Assembly (NCBI GenBank): GCA_036867785.1
Contig: CP145419.1
Location: forward strand, 124,001 to 188,000
Reading direction: 5' to 3'
From: Plasmodiophora brassicae
Taxonomy: Eukaryota
DNA length: 64,000 bases
In this document: piece by piece, positions 55,648-64,000 of the stretch
Position numbering within the stretch: the first letter of the stretch is position 1
Layout of the letters: each line of letters begins with the position of its first letter
Notes under the pieces: model-generated
Told to the model about the DNA's origin: nothing
Seen by the model: the letters and a program-made list of their open reading frames with translations, nothing else
Database searches by the model: none
Position numbers and translations under genes: made by a program

Positions 55648-57195
55648 TTAGAGACTCGCCCCCATCAGCGCCCGGCCGGGTTGAAGGATGTTCACGTGCC
55701 GGATGAGCCAGGCGACCGCGTTGATATCATCGTGGAACGACGTCGACATCCAGGATTCGGGCTCAACCAGGTTGTTCACGAAGACGATCGCCAGGTTCTT
55801 CTCCGACATCTGGGTGACATCTTGCTTTGCTTGCAGCCTGTCATGTGCAATGCCCTGGGGTCAACAACGCCAGAGATCCAGCGAGCGCCCGTATGCGAAC
55901 TCTGACCGGTGAAGGTGCGACAGTATGGCGATGAGCATTGGGCGGGCGTCTTCGTCGACCTGGGGCGCGAAGAAGGCACGGGCACAGTACGCCGAGTCGA
56001 AATTGGCCATGCCCGTACAGGTCTTCAGTTGGGCGAGGCCCACCCTTGAAATGAACGGTTTCAAATCGTTGACTTCACCGACGATGCGTTTCGTGGCGCA
56101 GGCGAGCGCATGGACGTCGACGTGCCTCAGATCACCAGCATGAGCGCGTCCTACGATGCAGGTTAGGATCACTGCAATATCGCGAACCGTCAGTGAAGGC
56201 GACCTTCACGAAGAACGACAGACATGCGGTCTGTGTCGTGTTTCATGGCACTGGTCCGGTACAGCCCAAGTTGGGGACGCTCTTTGAATCAATACACATC
56301 AGTCGAGGGAACGCGGTGCTCTCGGGCGTCGACCTTCGATCTCCCGTAGGAACGCGTCGAACAGGGTCGTCGATGGTGACCCGTGCGGCACAAAGTCCAG
56401 CGCCGCCTTTGGGCGAATCCGGAACGGCTTGGATTCGGCCAGGAGCGTTAACGCCGACGCGCCCGACTCGCGTTCGCCCACGTGGAACCTCTCCATCATC
56501 TTCCGGAACCGATTCGGCGTCTTCTCCGCTAGCGCCTGGACGCATAGGCCATTGCCGACCTGTCAAATGCAGCACTGAGCAGTGCCGTCATTCGTGATGG
56601 GGCGGATCTCTTACCGGGAGGGCGCCTGGCAGGCTATCGACACTGACGACACCGACGGCCCCACAGGTCCATACGCCAAGCGAACTCGAAACGCTTGGCA
56701 CGAACGTCTTCAAGGTTACCTGCGGCGTGATGTCCAGGAGCGATTGTGACGACGACGATCCGCATTGGGATATCCGGATGGCGAGTTTCCAGCGCGCGCA
56801 TCGCGCCGTGCACTGCTCGTACACGTTCTGTGCGATGACCAGGACCAGGACGAACGGGTCGCCCCAGGTGAATACGTCGCCGGCTTCGTGCTGGGCGGCA
56901 AACGACGCCATCGGGTCGCCAACATCCGGGATGCCGGTCGGCCCGTGCACCTGCCGCAACGATCCTGCCCAAGACGCATGCATAAGCAACAGCACTTCGG
57001 AAAGGCATCCCGTGTCTCTCATGCACCGGTGTACGATGGAGGAACGCGTGGCCGTGCGGGGTCCACGTCGTAGATGTTCGGTTGAGCGGCAACGTCCGGC
57101 GTGCGGCACGGGGCGCCGACGTCTTCGGTGCCTGTCGGCGCGCCGACCACGGCACGCACGACGACAACGGCGGACAGAAGAAAGCGAAGCGGCAT
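55648..57195 (-). CDS. Signal-peptide-bearing RhoGAP-domain protein (6 exons, ~418 aa)
   Basis: Exons 57195-57027, 56964-56615, 56559-56334, 56281-56204, 56150-55907 and 55837-55648 join in phase through GT-AG introns. Motifs 'GLYRTSA', 'DVHALACATK', 'HLHRL...MSEKNLAIVF'. N-terminus 'MPLRFLLSAVVVVRAVVG'. Confidence 0.8.
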
Positions 57196-59235
57196 GGCCG
57201 TCCACTGTCCAATGGCGGCCGCAGATGACGCAGATGGACGGGCACGTGCGCCTGGTGGTCTAGCAGCGCGAGCCTCGGCGACCACCGGCAGCGCTATAAT
57301 TGGTCGACCTGTCGTTCGGGCCGCGAGTCACTGAACGGTCATCATGCCGCTGATTTGGACAGCTCCGCCAGGCGGCTCCATGTCAGAGATGCTGGTGGCC
57401 ACCGTCGACGTGGCTGTGCCCAGCAAGCTCGCCTGCCGGCATTAACGATGTTTCGTGGTCGAACCCGCCGAGGCCGTCGTCCTGTTCCGCACCTGAAGCG
57501 TTTGGCGTGTGCGATGCCTGGACAACTTCGACCGAGACGCCGGCAATGACATGTCCCATTTGGGTGCTGGTTGCTCAGCATGTTCGCACCCCTGTTCAGG
57601 GCCGACAGGCGGCCACGTTGCGCGCGCTGCCACAACACGCCCGACGATGACGGGCTCACGCGCATCGTCAACGTGCTGGTGTATGCGGTAATGATGGGCG
57701 ACGAATTGGTCGACGGCCGAGTTGCTGACGCAAGTGCCTGGAATCGACGTCGAGCGAATCCATTCCGGATGGGCGAGCCTAGCATCGTCAGGAAGCTAAA
57801 GGCCCGGCGTCGAGAGGGACCGTTGCTCATCGTCCTGCTTGTCCTGGTCGGCGACCCTGACCGGCGGCGCCAGTGACGACCTCAGCAGGACGCCTACCAA
57901 ACCAATACATGTACACATGTTCGATGTCATGCCCCGTCTAGCAGCACACGGTCCCGAGCTAGTATCGCAGATGCCAGCGACAGGAGCATAGATTATCGTG
58001 TGCGACGGTGTGCTGGTCGCCGGCTTGGTTGATAGGTAGTAGTCGGCGTCTATCGCGTGGGCAAACTGGCAACGCTTCGGGCGGGCTTCAACGGCTTCCC
58101 GTGTGTAATGAAACTGGGCTTCGATGTCCTTGGACCGACCGTCCATGCGTCGGTACCCAGACCAGGCCTTGGCAATTTGGCTGCCTTCGTAAACGATCGA
58201 CGGGCGGAAAAGGATAGCGGCGCGAAACGATTCGATTCTCTCGACAGACGTTGGCCCGAGCCTGATCACTTTAACAGCTCCCAGGTCCTGGCGACACGAC
58301 TGCCAGTACACGGGACGTCCACCTACCAGCAGAATGCGGTTCCCGGAGCGGGAGCGGCGCGCGTCGGGATCGGAGGCACAGTCGACATCGGCGTACGCGA
58401 CTAGCAGACCTTCGGGTCGCCGTTCGCAACGAATGACTTACGCCGTGGCGTCCGCCAGGGACGTCAGGATCTGTGCACGTCGCGCGCTCTTGCTGGATGC
58501 TCGAAATCGACGAGAACTGGATCGCGCGGGAAGGGGCTTAGCTTAGTAGAGATCATCGCGGCAGCGCCGTCGAAGGCGATCGGAAGACCGGATCGGATAC
58601 GCTAGCCAACGGAGACGAAGTCCTCGTTGTCTCCTCCTCTGGCGGCGTGCTGGCCACCATCACGACGCTGCCGTTGAAGGCGTGCGAGTTGACGGACATG
58701 TCGGGAGGAACGAAAGCGTGGACAGGACGTGGGCAGTGCTGTGCAAACGGGTGGCACGACAACGCCACCGTGTCCGCGGCTGACGACGACCATCGCTGCG
58801 ATCGGCACCCACGTCGAGGTCGCCTCCTGCGTCCCGTCAGACGTTCGAGGTGCGGCAGGGCGGTGCGGCAGAGGCGTTGGCGATGACGTGGCGAGTGCAG
58901 TCCGAAAGGGATTCCCGAGCGGAAAACCGGCGCCGCGACGATGCGCTGTGCCTACCGCTCGCTACGCAGTTTGTGATGACATTGCAGGGCACAGCTCATC
59001 GAACTTTACGGTAGGCACTTGGGCGGCCGACAGGAATAGCACCGCCGCAGCCCGCAGGCCGCAGCTGCAGCAGTCGTGCCAGCTGGGCCGCCCAATGTCC
59101 GCGTGAATATTTGCCGTACGGACTCCGCCCTGGCTCGTGCCCGGCCTGCGCCGTCCTGGTCATTGCGATTTCCGTTCGCGTCGTGTGACAACGAGGGTGC
59201 CGTCCTGTCATCGTCAGAGTGAGAGCCTGTCCGCA

Positions 59236-59690
59236 ATGTCCATCGGTGATCGAATCCGCCGGGGCGCCCCGTCGCTTGTTGTCGTCCTGGCCGTCGTCGT
59301 CCTCTGCGGTACGGAAGATCCGCACTGGCGATGCCGTTTGCGTTTACGTTGCGATTTACACCACGACAGGTACGACATTTGGTGACGACATCTTCGATGT
59401 GGAAGCCGCCCTTGCGCACCTGGCTCGAATCTCCGGGAAGGACCAGACAATGTCGGTGATTGCTTCGCACGTACAGTGTCTTATTCGTGGCCAAGCCGGC
59501 GGTAACATCGAATTTGTCAACGACGGCATCTATTCCCATGCAAAGTTTGACGGAACAATAAACTTAAAGGCGGTGCAATTACGCCAGGGCAATTGCAGCT
59601 TTACTGCTTGTACTCGAGGTAGAACTCGGCGCCTCATGATGTCCATGCACGACGACTTGAACGTTACCGGAAGGCTCCTGGCAAGCTGGC
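59236..59690 (+). pseudogene. Frameshifted fragment of a secreted-protein family also represented at 43560-43710
   Basis: Signal-like 'MSIGDRIRRGAPSLVVVLAVVVLC' shifts frame into 'GDAVCVYVAIYTTTGTTFGDDIFDVEAALAHLARIS'. Confidence 0.55.
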
Positions 59691-60251
59691 AAGCGCTTAG
59701 CCGTCCGATTGGCGCGGTTCTGCCAAGACTCTCGTCTCGAAAGGCTTGCCAGGAAACGCCGAAGTCGCCCAGGGCATGATGGCATTGGTCGCGATGGATC
59801 GCAGACGAGCGGTGTAGGTTGGATCGCAAAGACTGTTGTACAGGTACACCAACCCCAACGCAGCGTCGACGACGACCAGACACAAGTGCACATTGGACAA
59901 CTACGTACCATCGAACCAGCAGTGAGCAAAACTCGTAAGTCAACAACAGAATGGATTGGACTTACGTTGACTGGACAAAGGAACGTCGTTGCCCTCGAGT
60001 CATGTTTAACGATGACTCCCCACCCGCCTTGGTTGTTCATCTCGGCCTTGCTAGGCACCTAGTGCATATTGTCCTTTGATATCAGCGCCATTGCCTCGTG
60101 AACGACGGACGAGTTAAGCCACGATCTGTGACCCAGGTGAAAGATCAAGTCGTGGACTGACAGCTTGATGACTTTTGACATGTCCGAAACGCTCATCGGC
60201 GGAGCTCGTACAGGACAAATTGCGCCATTCCCTGGGCGTCCAAGCCATCGA

Positions 60252-60534
60252 GTGGAATGGGCGGCTGGCGTCACCTCTTCTCTCGACCCTCTAACGTCAA
60301 AAGCCAACCAAAGGCTTGGCGTACACGTGGCCAATCATAACGGCTTCGTGCGCAGTCGCACCGGGATGCCGGTGATCGGCCTGTGCACCTGCCGCAACGA
60401 CCTGCCCAAGACACATCCATAAGCAACAGCACTTCGGAAGGCATCCCGTCTCTCTCCTGCACCGGTGTACGACTTTGATTTGCTTTTGACGTTCGAGGGT
60501 CGAGAGAAGAGGCAACGCCAGCCGCCCATTCCAC
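60252..60534. repeat. Inverted repeat (~62-bp arms at 60252-60313 and 60473-60534) enclosing a copy of part of the RhoGAP gene
   Basis: Arms GTGGAATGGGCGGCTGGCGT... and ...ACGCCAGCCGCCCATTCCAC. Segment 60361-60472 matches 56926-57036. Confidence 0.88.
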
Positions 60535-61039
60535 CGTACGACTTTGTGTTCCTTCCGGCCACCGTTATCGATTGCCTTGGTGCGTTTGCCATGCTGTGAT
60601 CAGTATCTTTGCGTGACCGCAATGGGTAATAGGCAAGTCGTATGTGGTTGGCGCGATGGCTGGGCCCTCCGCTGAAAACAAAGATGACGTCGTGAAGGCG
60701 CTGGAATACAGACGCTGGAATACTTCAGGGTGGGACGAAGCGGATCTGTTCTGATCGCCGGCGATGCTCTAGCATTTAGGGCAGCTGCCACCGAATGCTA
60801 CAGCATCGCTGGCGATCAGAACAGATCCGCTTCGTCTCACCCTGAAGTATTCCAGCGTCTGTATTCCAGCGCCTTCACGACGTCATCTTTGTTTTCAGCG
60901 GAGGGCCCAACCATAGTGCGCGTCAACCACATACGACTTGCCTATTACCCATTGCGGTCACGTAAAGTAACTGATCACAGCATGGCGAACGCACCAAGGC
61001 AATCGATAACGATGGCCGGAAGGAACACAAAGCCGTACG
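60535..61039. repeat. Long fold-back with ~245-bp arms (60535-60776 and 60794-61039) and a 17-nt loop
   Basis: The arms are near-identical reverse complements and derive from MULE transposase sequence. Confidence 0.93.
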
Positions 61040-63102
61040 CGTTCATCTTTGCGCCTCCGTCTAATTGTACAACGTCATTGTACACAGACGCGAATGGAAG
61101 CCCTTCAGCGCGCGCTAGCCAGATTTTTTCCAATCGACAATCGACATCGATGTCGATTTCGAAGAAACCTCCGTGTTCTTCGTAGCTTCGTCCCAGTTTG
61201 ACAAGGGAATTCATAGCATCACGATCGCCGCCGAACGCCTGCAGTTTCCCCTTCGGCAGAAGACGGTGCAATAATGGCTTCTGAATTCTGCAGTCAGGGA
61301 ATTGATCCGTCAGCATGTGTGTGACCTGTAACATAGTTATAAACGAAAAGGAGCTCGTAATCCCCATTTACCATTGGAAATGGAAGGAATACTTCCCCAG
61401 GTTCAGTATGCACGACAACTGTTCGGGCGTCAAATCCCCTTGGTCGTTCACAATTGCTGTCGTAGGAGATGGGGATCTCCACAAGGTGGTTGTGTGGCAG
61501 ACAAAATATGTCCCCCTTGATGACGTATCTACATCATACGTGAACGGTATGTTCAACGTACTCGACGCCTTCACTGACCGATCAGCCTTTTGTGACTTTG
61601 TCTTAAAGTTGCAGTATCCGTCACCTGACGATGGCTTATGAGTAGGAACCAACGAAGCAATTAAGGAACTAAATAACCAACCACGCGCCCAGGCTCCTTC
61701 GTGTACGAACAGCTCTACAGAGCGAGATGCGTTGGCGAACGTCTCGAACTTTATGATGATCTGTGAAGAATGTCAATACATTGGTACTTGAATTCACGGT
61801 TGGATAGACTTACACGGCACCCAGTCCTCTTGGCGAACCCTGCGATGAAATTCTTCAGTTCGAGTTGGGTTTCAAACTCCATCCCCGGAGCAGGGACCCA
61901 CAGACAGCATCTTGACCGGTGTCGCCGTCATCAACGTCAATCTCAATCCCCGGTAGATCCGGAAAGCTTGGGCGGCCTCGTCAATGCTCGCCATCTCGAT
62001 CACAACCAGATCAATGCTCGCCATCTCAACTGCCCGCACACAGCTGCTCAGAAATGCGCAGACCCGCAGACTGGCCGCAGTCCTGCAGGCGGCCTGCGGA
62101 AAGCAGCAACTCGCGGGGCAATTTTCGTCCCGCGGGATCAATCGGGGTGTCATCCCGCGGGACGAGAAACAGTTTCCCATCGCTGTGGCCAGGAACGCGC
62201 CCCAATCGGTGCCCCGGCGCCGCACCGTTATAATGAGCACGTGCAGCCAGCAACGTCCCGATGACGAGAACGTCGACGTGGCTCATGCAGCGACATGGCC
62301 AGCGAAAGCAGTGTGCCTGCATCATGGACAAACTTACGTTGCGCCAAGGACCAGCGGACCATCAGATCGGCATGCCAGGATCGCCCATGTAACGTGCAAC
62401 GTGTGTGCCCTACCGGCTCGACGACATTGTCACCCTGACAGATGCCGACAGATTCACCGTGTGCGAGGTCGGAGGACAGGCAGTTGCAGTCGACCCATCT
62501 GACCTTCGCATTATGCATGGATCCTGACGGCTGACGGGATCCCTGTCGCGTCATCGACAACGGTAATTGCTATTTGACCTGAACATCAAAACATGGTACG
62601 CAAAAGAGTACGAAAGTTACGACGACGTTGTCGGGCCGCGGGCAGATGATCAGGAACCGGACGTTGATGCTAACCGCATGTGATAGGAACCGCATACGTG
62701 CACGAACTTGACAAAGCCGGCGCTGGAGTGGTGACCAGCGAGAACGCGGAAATCGTCGCCCTGCATGCCCCGGTCATGTTCTGTCCGAACGGTCCCAATG
62801 GCCAATGGGGAGGTCATTCATACGCGTTTTATTCAAACGACCCGACGGGAACTCAAAGTCTTCAACGGCCTGGGCTCCCGTCTCTTTCATACGTGAAGCA
62901 AAGCGAGCGCGGCCAGCCGCTGGTACTAATAACCGGCCTATCTTGGGAATCGTCATCCAACAAATGAACCCCGTACTTCAGAGCTGGGATGGCTGTTGAC
63001 GAATGCGACGCCCCCGTTTTATCTCTACGTACTTATGGAGGCAACTGTTCCTGGGGTAGGTAGTGTGTTCTGGGCTTCGGAATTGTGCAGAGGTGATGGT
63101 GA

Positions 63103-64000
63103 CGTCATGGTGTATCCGGCACGATTCGCTATTTTGGGACACAAACTGCGGTCGGCAGCTTCGGCATTGCCATTGGACGGCCGATCGAACAGGACGACTC
63201 TGCTATGGACGACGATCCGAACCGATACATCGTGGCCGTCACCGATTTCCGGCGCGTTCCTAGATGGCAGGGCGACGCGCTCTGCGGAACGCCCAATCCA
63301 TCGGACGGCATCCAGGCACAGCTGACGACGCTCCTGGGTGGTTGGGCCAGTGGGAAGCGCTTTGATGACATGCCGGACGGCGACATTGGCAAGAATTTCC
63401 TGCTGTCCTTGCCGTTCTTTAAGCAGAAACAGCACGCTGACGCGACCGACGACCCGGTGAGCGCGATCACGTATCTGATCGAGCACCGCAACGACGATGA
63501 CGTGCAGTCGTTGCTCTCGCGAGCGACTTTGACCAAAGCGGTTAAGCACGGGCAGCTTGAACGATTCCCGGGGCTGATGCCGTTCCTGACGAAACTCGCT
63601 CAGGCGGGCCTGGCGTCTGATCGCAATTTACGCGCGTTGTTTGGCGACGAAAGTCGTGTTCGCGGCGTCATGCTTGAAGTCGGGTCGATGCTTGCCCAGC
63701 CACCGCCCGCTGGATCGCCAGCCGAGATAATGATGCGGGCCTACACCGACGGGACGCTTCGTGCAAGGCCGCTACCATGTGCCCAATGTGGATACCTGCC
63801 TGACGACACCAAGAACCTCATCTGCGCAGGCTGTAAGTCAGTCGCGTACTGCTGCCGAGATTGCCAGAAGGAGAACTGGCCTCTGCATCGTCCCGACTGC
63901 CTTCGTAAGCAGGGCCGCCCTGTTCCCGAGCAGGCTGAACGGGTCGCGGAGCGAATTCGGCAGGCCAAGTACGACGAGATCGCGGAGAGGACGAGGGCGG
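63103..64000 (+). CDS. MYND zinc-finger protein, partial (runs off the window); 5' part unclear or disrupted
   Basis: Open frame to the window end with 'CAQCG...CAGCKSVAYCCRDCQKENWPLHRPDC' (63778-63900). Upstream ORFs at 62680-63100 are in other frames. Confidence 0.75.

Larger units (their letters stand above)
59690..61900 (-). mobile_element. Degenerate Mutator-like element: MULE transposase plus Ulp1-like (C48) protease remnants
   Basis: MULE 'YNDVVQLDGGAKMNAYGFVFLPAIVIDCLG' (~60980-61090). Ulp1 'WLNSSVV', 'FLCPVN|LSNVHLCLVVVD..VYLYNSL', 'PRQSDG' (~59690-60180). Stops and rearrangements throughout; ends not identified. Confidence 0.7.

Noticed and set aside
56965-57040. SWIM-like 'PVHERHGMPFRSAVA' peptide suggesting a MULE piece
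   Set aside because: It lacks the Cys/His ligands and is better explained as intron 1 of the RhoGAP gene.
57342-58900. Several minus-strand ORFs
   Set aside because: I could not assemble a consistent gene model or recognise a domain.
62121-62170. 14-bp-arm hairpin TCGTCCCGCGGGAT/ATCCCGCGGGACGA as a MULE end or Helitron terminus
   Set aside because: No matching TIR partner, TSD or CTRR end was found.
1-64000. CRISPR arrays, rRNA, tRNA genes and prokaryotic operons
   Set aside because: None seen. The sequence is intron-rich eukaryotic DNA, and most short ORFs in the track are GC-rich shadow frames.

Overview
Gene-dense, GC-rich eukaryotic DNA with many short (about 50-70 nt) GT-AG introns. 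The compact layout, flagellar-apparatus genes (B9 domain, partial p25alpha) and many secreted proteins suggest a zoosporic protist parasite, possibly a plasmodiophorid such as Plasmodiophora (inference only). Housekeeping genes include an AMFR/HRD1-like RING-CUE ligase, YHM2, a GT90 glycosyltransferase, DDX42, BRAP2, PPIL1, ETFB, ataxin-2 and B9D2. Secreted or surface proteins include GH114, CAP, ML and reeler-like proteins and three LRR receptors. Highlights: (1) an intact, recent LTR retrotransposon (1141-6175) that looks like a cross-superfamily chimera. It has Ty3/gypsy (Sushi/PEG10-type) Gag, a -1 frameshift and protease, joined to Ty1/copia integrase-RT-RNaseH, with non-canonical AAT...ATT LTR ends. 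(2) A 644-bp hAT-like element whose TIR/TSD junctions form GT and AG splice sites, so it could be spliced out in frame (introner-like). (3) Candidate effectors: a signal-peptide RhoGAP and a signal-peptide PAM2-motif protein. (4) A plant-type PPR-E-DYW protein with a degenerate deaminase. (5) An LRR family with one repeat per exon, attached to different C-termini including REJ-GPS-7TM. (6) Two degenerate transposon/pseudogene patches rich in fold-back palindromes. Gene models were built by eye, so exon boundaries are approximate unless stated.
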